A DNA stretch of 64,000 nucleotides from Sphagnum compactum (lineage: Eukaryota): assembly GCA_965153455.1 (NCBI GenBank), contig OZ234493.1, forward strand, positions 11,088,213 to 11,152,212, read 5' to 3'. The stretch's first letter is position 1; each line of letters opens with the position of its first letter. Positions 23,401-37,600 of this stretch are shown here, piece by piece. A model generated the notes under the pieces. It searched no databases. It was not told the origin of the DNA and was given only the letters and a program-made list of their open reading frames with translations. The position numbers and the translations under genes were made by a program.

Positions 23401-25267
23401 CTTGCCAGTGAGATGTTGAAGCTTTTGTCTCAGTGATCAGTCTGGTGATCAGTTTTCATTGTTTCCACTGGTGCAGGTGAAGGTTCTACGGTCAATGAGA
23501 GTGATAAGTAGCGAAGATGTGGTAGTAGGCCAGTACAAAAGTCATACCCGTGGTGGCATCAAGTATCCTGGTTACACAGAAGACAAGACAGTGCCCAATA
23601 ACAGCCTGACCCCGACCTTTGCTGCAGCAGCTCTCTTCATTGACAATGCTCGCTGGGATGGAGTTCCTTTCCTCATGAAGGCTGGCAAAGCCTTGCATAC
23701 CAAGAGGTACTGCTATCCTCATAAGCAAAGCTGGATCAGTTGCTAGGAACTGAATTTGGAGAACCTGTGAAATAAAATGTGGCAAGGTATCTGTCCTGTC
23801 TGGCATGATTTCATTGCAACTCTGTCAATTGTTTTTGTAAAAACACCAACTAAGATCCTTCATTTCCCCTAGTTTGGTCCTGTAAGAGAAAACTGTCAGT
23901 TTGTTTAACCAGGAAGTGTTTGGATTCACATCCTCTGCTCCTATTGCAATTCAGGAAGTAGGAGGTGGTGACATTTAACTTCAGGTGCATGGCAGGGCGG
24001 AGATAAGAGTACAGTTCAGACATGTACCTGGCAACTTGTACAAACGCAACTTTGGATCTGACCTTGACCTAGCTACAAACGAGCTTGTTATCCGTGTGCA
24101 ACCAGATGAAGCCATCTACCTCAAAATAAACAATAAGGTTCCTGGCCTTGGCATGCGGTTGGATCGCTCCAATCTCCACCTGCATTATGCTGCCAGGTTT
24201 GGACCTCCCTTATCATTTACTTTGCTTCATTTGTTTCAGCCCTGTTGTCTATTATTCTATGTTTTTCTTCTTTTAGTGTGTACTGTGTTGTTTTGCCCCT
24301 CTTCTTTTCTCTATGTTTTTTCCCCCTTCTATGTTGTTAGTTGTTAGCCAGTATCATGGCTGAGTCTTCTCATTGCTTCGAGACTTGCAACAGAAACTCA
24401 GTGCACAGGTTAGTACTTACATGATCTATGCCACTGTAGGGAACTGATGAAGTCAGTGGGGAAGCTGTGATAGATAAATTGCTATTATACTTGTTACTAA
24501 CTTACTTACTGTTGATGGTTCCTGAACAAGTGAGAGACTGTCACTTTTGTTCTTACTGCTCATTTTTATTGTTTCTTTATTATAGTTCATCCCTCCTCTG
24601 TTGTTCTTTCTTCCTGGTTCTGAGAGTCCTTATCTGGAAGTCTTTCTTTGACTTCCAAGGAAAGGTTTTAACTTGTTCTAACTTCTCACTTTCTGAATAA
24701 TGGGTTTGGAGGTTTCTTGATTCTCATGAGATATGTATTTAAGTTACTTTGCTGACCACCTCCCACTGCCAGAAACATCTGTGAGTGCAATATGGTAAAA
24801 TGAGGATGAGTGAAAATCAGTTGCATGGCTGTAATGGTTAAAAGTATGTATAATTGCTCGTTTTCTTCACACCATCACTGGAGCTCTTCAGCTGTGCAAT
24901 TGGCTTGATTTGAAAAATGTGAATGATATGTCTGGTTGTGCTATTACTGCTATTGCGATTGGATTGTGGAATGACTGTAGCATCTAACTTGTAAAGTGCT
25001 GTTACTAGGTATGACCGGGAGATCCCAGATGCGTATGAGCGATTGATACTTGATGCCATTGAGGGTGAACGCCGTCTCTTCATCCGGAGTGATGAGCTGG
25101 ATGCTGCATGGGCACTCTTTACACCTTTGCTGAATGAATTGGAGTCAAACAAAGTGGCACCAGAGTTTTATCCATATGGTAGCAGGGGTCCAATTGGAGC
25201 TTATTATTTGGCAGCCAAGTACAATGTAAGATGGGGAGATGCAAATTCTGAGCTCACCACAGTTTGA
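20412..25267 (+). CDS. G6PD: Glucose-6-phosphate 1-dehydrogenase, plastidic, about 601 aa, 10 exons
   Basis: Exons 20412-20637, 21329-21531, 21665-21759, 21978-22092, 22232-22437, 22588-22737, 23067-23187, 23477-23706, 23996-24196 and 25009-25267 (1806 nt, all GT-AG). Motifs: [38 protein letters not shown], the plastid redox Cys pair [11 protein letters not shown], and a transit-peptide-like N-terminus. Confidence 0.97.
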
Positions 25268-25805
25268 ACATTCTCTGCTGGGGGCAAGGTTAATATATAG
25301 AACATTAAGGTGGGGGATGTTGGTGCAGAAACTTACAATGGTTGGACATTTTTGGTTTAGAGAAGGGAACCTAAAGGAGTGTAGTATATCGATTTTACTT
25401 CTTTACATTCTACCATACTTTGGGAGTTTTTGACCCAGGAATGTCACAAGACTCTCTCTGTGACCTGAGAACCACAAGCATTCTGGGAGGGGTTTGTATG
25501 CTCTCCATTTAGTTGACCTCTTACCAACGTGGTGCTGATCCTGGACTTGGAAGATCTGTTTCATCAGGATGGTATCAAGGTTTATTTTCTTCTGGGGAGT
25601 ATCCTTGTCAAACCACCATATGTATGGTAGGCAAGGAATGTGAGCCCTGGAAGGATTCAGGATTTCTTGGTTTGCATCAATGCAAACAATGTCCTCCATA
25701 ATACAATGTGAATTGGTTGATTGAAGGAATGAGTCAGAAGCTGTCCTTGTGATGTGAATTACACGGAGGTTAATTTCAATCATGTAGGTAATCTTTTATG
25801 TGTGG

Positions 25806-25926
25806 GGTAAGGACCTCGAACAGGGCTGTTCTGGGAATGAAAGGCCTTGTGTGCTGGCTCTTTTGAGGATGAAAGGCCTGCAGGGGGCCTTTCATTCCCA
25901 GAACAGCCCTGTTCAAGGTCCTTACC
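25806..25926. repeat. Near-perfect inverted repeat with 41-bp arms and a 39-nt loop
   Basis: 25806-25846 ggtaaggacctcgaacagggctgttctgggaatgaaaggcc matches the reverse complement of 25886-25926 at 40 of 41 positions. Confidence 0.9.
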
Positions 25927-28900
25927 AAGCATAAGAACTGTTATAATTTTTCACTGCTGTTATTCATTTGAGTGAAGAGGAGACACCTTACATTTAAGGT
26001 TCCTGAAAAATGTCAAAAATTAGGGTTTAGGGTTTGGGTCCTTATGCACAAGCTGTCATCCTCTGTTGAGGCAGAAATTGAAATTTTACTGGCAGTAAGC
26101 CACCCTTGGTGGACACAAAAAATTCTACCAGTTTTTAACATTTGTAAAAAGTCTCTGGCCACCAGCAAATGCATCGTGTGGCCACCATATTTGAAGTTTT
26201 AACCTGGTGATGATGGTGGCCATAAAATAAGATTGAGGGTTGTCTAACAATTCTTCAGTTGGTATTTCCAGAGCTAATTGTATTTGAACATTGTTTGATT
26301 CCACAATAATTTTATTGACCTTCCAAAAAAATCTAAAAGGTGTCTTATATGCCATTCTCCTTCAAGCATTGGATGGTGGACCTTGAACATAAAGTCGATA
26401 ATTACCACACTGGCAAAAAAATAAAGTTTTGTATTGCAAAAAAATCTAAGAGTTCCTTAAAGGGTGAAGTTCTATAATGGTATGGGACTACAATTTGAAA
26501 CAAGTCCCCTACCTTTAAAAGCTATAAATTTTAGAACAACTACCTACTATGAACTTTGTTAGAAATGAATCTTTTTGTTGCTACTAAAATGTTTACCCTG
26601 TGATGCTTGTACACACAGTAACACACTTGAAAAGTCAAAAATAATGTTTAGTATTTGATCTCTACTCGATGTGTTCTCAATTTGATTTCATTTCAGTTTA
26701 CTGTTCTGATTCAATATCATTGAATAATGGCATTATGTAGCTTCACATGGTTCTAACTCAATTCGCCATTTATTTGGTTAGGTTGTTTTTCAAAGGTTCA
26801 TTGAAGATGGAGGTGACACATGTGAGTTGCACACACATTCCAAATCTCATGCTTAGTGTTAAAGGGCCTGGCAACAAAGGATCAACATTTTTTGTCATGT
26901 AATTTTTGCCCTTGTGATGTTGGTAAAATAAACTATTCTTGGTTGCTGGAGTACAAAAATAGTAATGACAACACAACCTTCAAATCTAGTCCCGCTGTTG
27001 GTGAATTCCTTGCCTTCAAGTTTGGGTCCCACACACAACACTACAATTATTTATTTTCTCATTGGAAAGTTAGGGTTTCCTTCCTATACTATCAGTTATT
27101 GAAAGTTCTCATTCGTAATCATCTTAACATTCATTGTCAACTTGTGATCAAAAACAAATTCACCTTCATTTGCAGCCAATTTCAATCTCAAATTTTTTTG
27201 AACGTGAATCTGTAAAATGTGTAGACTCAACATGGATTGTTGCAAGGTGAAAAAAGTTGTTAAATATGCCAACAAAGAAAACCCAAATCCAAGTATCCTT
27301 CTTGGGACAGAGTGGATGGTAGTGCACTTAATTATATGGAGGTAAGTGGGTCTCTAGTCACTACCCATACCTTCCACATCTATAATAGTGTGCAAGTTAT
27401 TTTCCACCCCGCCCTGAACCTGAAATCCTGTACAATGTGTAGTTAAATGCCATCACATGGGCACATGGGTCAATGATATCTCGTTACTACCTCTTTTGGA
27501 GAGTGGTGTACCATATGCGTGTTTAAAGTCCAAAGTCAATTTCGCACTATTCAAAGCTTGAACTTAATCTAAATTATTGTTTACAAACCATTATATATCT
27601 GCTGGTGAACCTGTTCTAAGTCCATTGAACATGTTACAGTTCCATATAATCTATTATAAGTGATAATATTATGATATTCACAACCTTACAAAATTTCCTT
27701 TAAGTTTACTTAATTTAGGCTCATGGCCTTCATAGAATTTGCATTACGAAGATATTCTTTTTACTTCATTAAACTAGATCATAAATTTTTAAGTTTTTCA
27801 TTTTTATATGGTTGTGTTGAATGTGCAATCAATCCTCAACATTATGTCAAGAGACAAGTTGCCATGAAAGCAAACTATTTTTATATTCTACTTGTCTATT
27901 GACTAGGAATATAGGTGTGAGTGATGTGATGTAATAGGAATTTAGAATTCTAAAATGTGATGTTTTCACTACTACTTGTGACATACTGTTTCTTGTCATG
28001 TTTCAAATTACTTGAAATTTGAAGATTTTATTATTAAAGTTGGATTCATTTACTTCAGTATCAGATTATAGGTCAACAATGGTGCTTCAGTCTTTGGTGA
28101 TATGTTTCAATGCTCTTATAAATCTACAAATGATTTATCCACATACAGATTGAAAATCTAATTTTACTCATTGATGATGAGCCCAATGAGGACCTACACA
28201 AATGCAAAACAATGTTGGTTCTTTGGTGATTCTTTCCACACATTGAAGTTATTGTAATTGATGGTTCATGTCGAACACCTTCCATTCAGTCTATGCCAGC
28301 ATTGAATGGCCTTTTGTTAATCTTTACGAAATACAACCATTCAACAATTATTGCCAAGTATTCTAGACCAAATTTGTGTTATCGACAATGAAATTACTTT
28401 TGCATCTAATGGTGACAAATGGGATCACAACTTCATTTAATCATATGCCTTATAAGTGAATTCCTTCCCTTCTCATTTGCATTTCATAATATATTAGCAA
28501 AGTGCTTGTAACGGATACGAATTGATTTTTTAAACTAAATAGCAAGTTTGCATAATTCCTAGTCATAGGTAGCATTCTCTTTCACCTTTTCTTGAAAAAA
28601 TATATATCCCAATTTATTTTTTCAAGATTTCAAAAATCTCAATTGGTGATAAGGCCAAGGTAGTCGACAATGGATAGTCCAAGTCTCACTATTATTCGTG
28701 GAAGATTGGAAAATTGCAAAATTAATATTAAAAACCTCTTTTCAAATATTGATTCTTAACATTTGTTTGACTTTGACCTATTGTATACTCATGTATTAAA
28801 CGGTTCAACAAATTTCAAGGACTTTTTATTTTATTTGAGTCAACTTGATTTAATTCAATCACACAACATTTGTCATAATGTGAACCACATGGAATTTTTT

Positions 28901-30909
28901 TATACAATATCATTATTTGTAAATTCAGCTAGTAGTCACTACTTTGAAATTTCTCATACCACATTATTTGTTTCCACATAATTGCTATGACAATCCTTTA
29001 CCTTACTACAAAACTTCCACCATTAAGAAAACTACAAGAGTTCAAGAAAATCCTCTTCAATACCTTAAGAAGTGAACTTCCTTGGAACACCTAAGCAAAT
29101 GAAAGAGAAGATGATTCACTAGGGTGATTCTTCTACCAAAGTGGCACAACCATAATGTTCGGTCAATGTTGATCAGGATAATATTTTTCAATACGAAATT
29201 GCAAAGATTCATAACTTCTTCAAACATATTTGATCATTTTTAAGTGTTCATTTTGTAGCCTTTAGAAAGATTTTTTCAATTTCATATCATACATATCAAT
29301 TGGAGTTGATTTGACTTTTGAAAGCATTAAACAATTATGGTAATAATTGGATTATTAAGTATTTAAGTAGGTATTTCAATATGTTTTTTAATAGTTCGAT
29401 AGATTCTTCAATAGGTATTTTTAGTAAAATTTTAATTATTTTTAATAGGTATTTTTATTACTCTTTTTCTATAACTTTTGTTTGTGAAATATTTTGTAGC
29501 TATTTTAAAGTATTAATTGAAAGTGTCCTTTCAACAATGGGGTTAATAAAGTTTCATTTGGGAAGGAAGAGGCTAAATGGAGGATCTTAGCAACACATAT
29601 GCAATTTTTTTATTATATGACATTTTTTGAAGAAATTTTGGATGATTAAGCACTTTTTGAAAATAACTTTACGAGATTAAACATTTTCATCAAATACATA
29701 TACATATTTATTATGCATTTTATTTTCGAATTTATTTCTACCCAATTGCCTATTCACCTATGGTATGCTTGTGTATGGTGGAAATGAAACATTTTTGTGC
29801 AATTAATTGTTGAGCCCAAGTTGACTTTTTGTGGAGTACATTTGTTAAAACTCCTTGTTTTTTTTGTTATGTAACTATGATGTTTTTACTATTTAAAGCA
29901 TATTTATCCATAGTGGTAAAATGGTGTGTACACAATATTTTGGATGGAATATATGCTTCGAAGAATGTGAAATTGGGTTTGGACTTGTAAATATGTACAT
30001 GATGCAATGTTCTCCAAAAGGACTAATAAATGGATATTCTATTTTGGGGTTATTTGTCATGAATATTCTAGGTGGTAGCATCTAAATAGTTTTTACCTTA
30101 ATATGTCAAGTCCAATTTTTCATGTTTATGTTTTAGAATGGGAAAACAACTAACATTTTATATTGATTGTAAAAAACAATGGCAATTGTTTAAATTGGGG
30201 TTGTGAGTGAAGAATTAAAATGTTCTCAGGGCCATTAAGTCATAGTTAACCTACGTTATTTTAAATTATCTTAAGTAGTTCTAGGTTATTTTATCTCAGA
30301 TTATTAATAGCTTTGAATGGTTTTAAATAAAATAACATAAAATAACCTAAGGTAAATAATTTACAATAGATTATAATAGTCTAGGCTTAACAAGTAAATT
30401 AGCTAGCCAAATTAATACAATAGATTTGGTTAAACCCATGTTCTTCAAGGTGATCTATTTGACTCAACCATGGCCATTTTGATGAGCTTTTTTTGTGTAT
30501 CCCTTTTGAATAGATGTACAACATGACAATTGGTCAAAAAGGTCACCTTAATCAAAATAACCAACCAATAGAATCATATTTTTTCATCTTCCTTTGTCTC
30601 TAATCAAAGTGACCATTCCTTCTAGTTAATGTGAGCACTTTGTTCAAGTTGAACTCTCTAAAAAGCCATGATTTCTAGTGTTGCAATGTGAAAAAGAAAA
30701 ATAATAGAGATATTTTAATGAGGGTTTTCAAGTTTTGTTTACTATACAAATTGTTTTGTGGCTCCATTTTGAACACTATCAATTTCACTTGCATATGGAT
30801 AGCACTAATGCCTTGTGTTTTGTTTTGTTACTTGTTATGTAAGCCCTTTTTAATATGTTTTTGCCATGTTTTCAAGCATGTAAATCTTTTTAAACACGTT
30901 TTCAACATG

Positions 30910-31341
30910 GGGTGCAAACACAATAAAATGACCCACTCCAAGTGTAACTAATGATTAGTTTTACATGTTTTTAAATGGTAAATCAAATTAATATTCAAAA
31001 TAATTTTAGAATATATAAATATGTAATGTACTTATACAATAATATTTTTAATATATTATAAAAACATGTGAAACAATTTGAAATGAATCTAATGAATATA
31101 AATTATCCAAAACAACTTCTAAAACATTATAATCAATGGTTTTCATTATGTAAAAGACTTTTAAAAAACACTATAAAAGATTTTGAAATGATATTTTTGA
31201 GAAATTTTTAATTTCAACATTAATATAATTGTATAAATATATTTTTTAAATGTAGATTACTTCAAATATACTTTTAAATTATTTCAAGGTAAGGATGGGA
31301 CAAAGCAATTGGGCATGGGTCATTTTATTATACTTGGACCC
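30910..31341. mobile_element. MITE of about 430 bp
   Basis: 26-bp TIRs gggtgcaaacacaataaaatgaccca and tgggtcattttattatacttggaccc (22 of 26 complementary), with an AT-rich non-coding interior. Confidence 0.7.
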
Positions 31342-31475
31342 TTTATTGAAAAATAGGTAATTTATTCCTAGCATGTTTCAAAGCATGTAATTCATTCTTA
31401 ACATGTTTCAAAACATGTAAACCTTTCACAACATGTTTTAAAGCATGTGAGTCCTCGTCAATGTGTTTTAGGTAT

Positions 31476-32373
31476 CACTATAAGAAAACATGATTTTTCA
31501 GAAGGTCCAACTTGATTAAAATGTACACATTGACGAAGGCGGATGGTCGTTTTGACTAAAAACATGGGGCATGAAAGTCATGAGTTACTTTTGGTTGAGA
31601 CATTTGATTCAAATAACATTTTTGATCATGCAATAAACCAAACATTTGGTCAAAAACACCAGAGGTCCATCAAGATGCTCAAGGCTTAATCAAATTGAGT
31701 ATGGTCAATCATTGTTAATTATTTTTATTAATTATTTTTTGATTGAGTTAATAACATGCAATAGCTTACTAGGTGTAGGTACCCACATGTTATTTAGTTA
31801 GATATTTGGTACACGTTATAACCTCCTACTTAGATAAGTAATACAAAAATATTGAAGTTCATTTATGAATGCTACAATATGTATATCAAAACAAAAAATT
31901 CAATCAAATTTATTACAATATGATGACAATTTTTTTTCAACTTTTGAAGTGGTAGTCCAATGAAGGTGAAAAGTTCAAGTCCTCACACGTACAACCTAGG
32001 CTACCTAGGCTACCTCAGTTTTACATGGCTTAGATAGCTAGCTTATGCTGCCTAGGCTAAATAGGGTAGGTAAATAAATTTATTAATTAATAAATTTAAT
32101 AAATAAATAAAATTATAATTGTATATAATATAATAATTATTGAAAATTATAATCATATGCAGTTGCTCTGAAAATATTGTTGACTAGTCAAAAAGATAGT
32201 CAAAAAATCTAGTAAAAAAAACCAACCAAAAAAACCACCAAAAAGACATAGTCCAAATGTCCGGGTTCAAATCGACTTGTCTAAAATAACACTTTGGTCA
32301 AGTTGAACATATGACATTTGTGGTACTTTTTGGTCAATTCTTCCACTTACAAAAGCCATGTTTTCTTGTGGTG
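31476..32373. mobile_element. Non-autonomous CACTA element, about 900 bp
   Basis: Left end cactataagaaaacatgatttt; right end in reverse complement caccacaagaaaacatggcttt. Subterminal ttgacc/ggtcaa repeats are present. No clean 3-bp TSD is visible. Confidence 0.7.
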
Positions 32374-33599
32374 GCATGTTTCCAAGCATGTAAGTTTTTT
32401 CAACATGTTTTTATGATGGAAGTCCTTAGCTTCATTAAGCGCATAAAACACTATTTTGGCATGTTCCAAGGTTTGTCTCTATGCATCATGTTTGTTGATG
32501 TGATGTTTCTACACATAATGTTTCTTTGTAAAGGCTTGAAATTTTGGGGATTTATAAATAAACCAAATTTATCCAGTTAGACATTTGACCCCATTACCAC
32601 TTCCCAATGTTGTGTGAATCTTTTTGCATAAGACATGCTTTGGTTTTTCTAATTGCATTTTAAGTGATCAAAAGTAATTTTGGCAACAAATATTTGAAAT
32701 ATATATTTTTTTGCAATGCACGACAAATTTAATTGAAATCAATCTTTTTAAGGATATGAAGATCATCCAATTGAAACATGTTTCAATCATTCAAACTTGA
32801 TTTAAAATAAGTAAAAAATCAACAATTGAGAAACTTTTGGAAACATGCAAAAAAAAAAACTTTTGAAACTTTTTGAAGGTTCCAAAACCCTAAACATGTT
32901 CTAAAACATTTTGAAGTATTTATTAACATGTTGCCCTTTTAAAGCATGGCAAAACTAGATTTAATCAAATGAAAATAAAATGGATCATGACCTTGTAAGG
33001 ACTTGAACCTTAAAACAACAATAAAATTAATAAAAAAACAAAAAATGCAAAGAAAATATTGTCAAGCAAAACATCAATAACAACGAACAATTTAATAGCA
33101 AGAAAATGAAAATGAAATAGAAAGCTGATTTTGAATTTTAGAAACTTGGGGTAGAGTGAATGCCATGTTTGAACACCTCCAAACATGGCACCTCAAAAAT
33201 TAGATTTGAAAAAAATCCCCCAAAAAACAAATGTCTAAACATAGCCAATAAACATGCCAAAGTTTGCAATATGGTGCTTAGCCCACACCATGTTTCAAAT
33301 GTTTTGTTAACATAGTGCCTCGACTGTTAGATGCCTTTGAAGACCTCCAACTCAAATAAAGTCATGGCAAATAACTCTTAATGAAACATACCCATCACTT
33401 AAAAGGGTCAGTTAAGACCAGTCTGTTGTCCGGCAACTAGGCCATTGCCCTTGGTTGAGTAGAGTGATTGTTGTGTTGGGAAGTGGGATCCTCCTGAGCA
33501 GACTTTAGCTTGAAACTTAGACAACATTGGGAAGGCACAGATCTCCACACATAACCTGCTCCCTGTGTGAGAAACTTAGGTGATAATTCTGCTACCTTG

Positions 33600-33830
33600 G
33601 TTCTTGGAATTTTTTTGTTCATATTTCTGCCACATTACCACACTTCAGGAACAAATGCTCTGAGTCTTCAAACTCCCCTGTTTGGCAGAGCTTCCAATCT
33701 CGGGGTAGGCCGATTCTCTTTCTCCGAGCTCCCGTAGAGAGAGACCTTCAGCAAAAATGAGCCATAATGTGGGTGAAAATTTTCCTTGGCAATCATGGAT
33801 GCCATAAGCTAAGGTAGAGTGTTGCTCTTT
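33600..33830 (-). mobile_element. LINE retrotransposon remnant (zf-RVT zinc-binding region)
   Basis: Minus-strand translation across frameshifts gives LWHP*LPRKI / LWLIFAEGL / RIGLPRDWKLCQTGEFEDSEHLFLKCGNVAEI*, matching the zf-RVT pattern (W...pxki..flW...CxxC...E...HLF..C.....W). Confidence 0.6.
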
Positions 33831-34604
33831 GGGTTGGTTGGAACCCTTCTTTGCCCAGTTCCCTGCACACTTTTAAGTTGACTGCAACCTGGTGTAAACC
33901 TAATTTATAACCTCTTAGCATCTCGTGTTCTTGCAAAGCATGACCTTCTCTGTATGTTGACTGGTTGTGCTGAATGCGGTCTGGTGGATGCCTGTTGTAT
34001 GATGGCCTCTTTTTGGCTTTGCCTTCTTGGTAATTTGGTGATCAGCCCCTTGGTTAGCATTTGGATTACCTTACCCTAAGGTCAGTTTTGTCATTAAATA
34101 ATCCTCAAAATAATGAAATGAAATTTTGTGAAAATATGAAGTTGACATGTTGAAAATCATCCTAATTATCACAGGCTACATTCTGAATAATTTCACTACT
34201 CTTATCACAATATTATAGTAGATGATGGAAAAATATATAATTCAAAAATTTAAAAAATAATTCATTTTTTGAAAAAAAAATTTATTTGTTTTGTCAATGT
34301 GGAAACTGACCCTAGGCTACAGCATACATACTTGTCTTTGGCTCGTACCCCAAAACCCAGGAACTGCTCATCTGCCTTTGTTTAATAGTTACGAGGTGCA
34401 TGCTGGACAGCACATCTGTGGTGTCTAAGGTTGGTGAGGTTTGTGTAAATGTACCATGGCTTTCCATGGTATCAGCTGATATCCTCTTTTTTTCGGCCCT
34501 AGGAAAGTTCTGACTATGGACTTTCAAAACCAACCTTACACCCGCCAAAAGCTACATATTATTCTACTATGGACGATGCAATCACCGACATCTTCTATTG
34601 TTGT

Positions 34605-34690
34605 TATTGGGAACACCCTTGAAGAACACATTGGGAACCTATTGAGAACCTGATGGGAACTCATTGGGAACTTGAAGGGAACAAAGGAAA
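34605..34690. repeat. Short tandem ttgggaac-type repeat
   Basis: ttgggaacacccttgaagaacacattgggaacctattgagaacctgatgggaactcattgggaacttgaagggaac. Confidence 0.7.
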
Positions 34691-37600
34691 AATGAAAAAA
34701 ATCTCCCCCCCCCCCCCCCCAAACATAAAAGAAAAAAAAGCAAGGCACTTTCAGTGCATGCCGAGTCCTCCCATTGGCTGCATGAAATTTCTATTTCCAA
34801 AACTGTTTGTCACCATTTTTGGTCTGGGCTAATACCCCCATTATAAAACCAAGGGTAAAATATATTGAAATGGGATCCAAACCTTAAAACCTTGCAAAAA
34901 TTGGAAATTGAAAATGAATGAATGAAAATTCAATGGTATCTAATGGTATCTTGTTAGGTATAACCCCTTTTTCATGAAAAAGAGAGATATTCATACTTTA
35001 TGTAAATCCCCATAACATGAGTCTATGTGTGGCCTGGTGTACCATCAGTTTGTTGTAGATTTGGTGTCCCTACATCCTCCTTGTTGTCACCATATATCTC
35101 TGCATGTGTGTATGTGTGTAGTCTTGTCTGTTATTCCTTGGACTCCTGTCCTAAACCCTTTTCAGAAAAGGAAATTCATCCCAAGTATAACTAAAGTCCT
35201 ATAAGTGATGCGATGCAGTTTCGATTCACAAAATAATTTACTAACTTACAGTCCCCCCGCCCCCCTCTAGAGGATTTTTTTTTTTCAGTTTTGTCATACA
35301 GAAAGTTTGGTGAATCTTCCAACAAAATAGCAAAATTAGTGGAAATCACAATAGGGAAAAAGAATTCCCAATTTTTTGTCAGAAAAAAAACTCTTACCCG
35401 CCCTGGCCCCCCAGAAAAAAATGGTAATAATTTGACAGCTGAACTCTTATGCTACCAAAAATTGAGCCTTTTGGGGGTGGGGGGCTGTTTTGGGCCTTCA
35501 TTAAATTTGTTCTCACCCTTTTTAATACTTCAAGAGAAGAGTTAAACCCTATTGTTGCTATTCCTAATGTCACCTAAGTTGGAAGATTGAAAACGCTTTC
35601 CATTATGGTATAGGTCTAAATTACTTAAGCGGCGCCACACCTTGAGAAATTATTAAAGAAAATGGCCTTTGCTACAACTTGAGCAACCACCCATAAAATT
35701 CAATACAAATTATATGAGGACTCTAAAATCTTGTGCAAAGTGCTCTTATTATTCTTGGGTGCATTCAAGTAAAGCCAGAGGCTGAGGGCTCCACCAGAGT
35801 AAGGCCCATGCAAGGTGGAGCCAAGCATGGGCCCAATTTTGGTAAAGCCTGAAATAAATACGTGTGGTAATTTATGCTTTGTAGTGCATGAAGTCCTGTC
35901 AGATTTTATTTTATTTAATATTTCTCCATAAATGTTTTTTATAAAAAAAACCCTAAACCCTAAACCCACTATACCCGAAGTTATTATGGGAAAAAACATT
36001 TAAAAAGAAAGCTGGCATTTTGTAAACCATAATGCCCACTCTTGAAAGCATTATGTTTTTTGAAACACCAACCCTTCAATTGGCAGAATTACGGCTGGTA
36101 ACATGGCTTCCTAATACACTAAGAAAATCTGATGAGGTCTTTCCATTTAGAGAAACTTGTTGAAAAGGAAAAAAACCCCACCAAAAATGAAGTAGGTAAC
36201 TTACCTTAGGGTTAATCTTGTCATGAAATGATAAAAATATGCATAAATATGCACTATTTATGAAATGCCATAAATATTGAGATTTTGTGAAAATATGCAC
36301 TATGAGGTGATGATTTTGTGTGTCAATCTTTTGCTATTTTGTGAATTCCTTTTGAGAAAAACTTGAAATTGCATAGTGTGTGGTTTTTTAGAAAAATTCG
36401 CCACTTTTCCGAAATAAAAAAAATCTCCATGATAAGTATGGGAGGCTACAAAATGACCATTTTCAATGCTTATAAGACATTATTAATAACCAAATTACTG
36501 TAGTAGATCATGGAGAATACAATAATTCCAAACTAAAGAACTGTAATTTAAAATCCCAGCAAAATATCTTGATTGGAAAACCACTCTATGTGGAAATAGG
36601 GCCTAAATACGGAAATTTCTCCTTTTTCCCGTGTACTTTTCCTTTTTCTATTTCATGGGGGTTTATTATGAAAAAGGTGACTGGGTGATCTGCACCCTCC
36701 AAGTCGTATACAATGAACCTGGTCCAAAATTTTCTTTTTCACACAATTTCACACTTCACCTGTTGGCTCTGCCTGTTAGCCTTTTAAGGGAGAGACTAAT
36801 GGAACCAACATTTTGGGGGAACGCTCATCACATTGAATTGTGAGCTCATTTGTTTTGGAAGTTCGTGGAACATTTCTTATTTTAACTGTTGCTGGTTTGA
36901 ACTTTGAACTTGCCTTTAGGGATTTTAGTGCTCTTGTTTGGGGAGAATTTTTGAACTGTGGGAGACAAACAAATTTGCAAAGATTTTTTTTTGGGCGTTC
37001 AAATTAGAAAAATAATTGCAAAAAATTTGGAAAAAAGTCTTCAAACTTTGGAAACCACAAAACTAAGAGGAAAAAAAACCTCTAAGGGAAAGAGCCATCT
37101 TGCAATGTGCCACTTGTTCGACCGAAAAATAAATAAAATATCATTATGATTATTATTAATTTTTTGGAGGATGCCGATTTGTTGGGTCCCTTTGGAGCCC
37201 TCAATCCTAACGAATGAAGGTGAGGAGAAATTGGAAAAGTCCATAACACACAGACGCCACATGGGATCTTTTTTTTAATTGGAAACAGCCTGGCATTTGT
37301 TATGGGCCAGCACGTGGCATGCATGGGCTTGGCCCAAGTAGGCCAAAGTTTATGTGGTGGTTGCTTTTTTACATTTCTTCTAGGGAATGGAAAGTAAGCA
37401 ACGTGATCCAGAATTTTGTTTAGGAACAAAATTTTCCTTTTCTTTTGCCAATTGTGTATGCATTAACTGATTCTTTTAAATCCCAAGTCTCTTTTTGAGG
37501 GGACTCACTTTTAAGTGCTTGCTCACCCCAAACGCATTCCCACTTTCTAGTAAATTTGGTGTGGTGCACTTTGACACTTGGATCATGGGATCAACCCCCA

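Larger units (their letters stand above)
30860..32410. repeat. Degenerate tandem array of about 30 bp (catgtttcaaagcatgtaa...), interrupted by two inserted elements
   Basis: Units are visible at about 30865-30908, 31370-31470 and 32375-32410. Confidence 0.6.

Noticed and set aside
25886-25900. miR166-like sequence (ggcctttcattccca)
   Set aside because: It resembles only the 3' half of miR166. The 5' part TCGGACCA is absent.
27700-28750. Decayed transposase on the minus strand
   Set aside because: Only vague motif fragments amid many stops; this cannot be supported without a profile search.
31949-31990. tRNA-like A/B boxes (gtggtagtccaatg...agttcaagtcc)
   Set aside because: The spacing is too short for a cloverleaf and the sequence lies inside a CACTA-derived element.
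35948-35967. Interstitial telomere array
   Set aside because: Only about 2.5 copies of AAACCCT, which is common in plant repeats and promoters.
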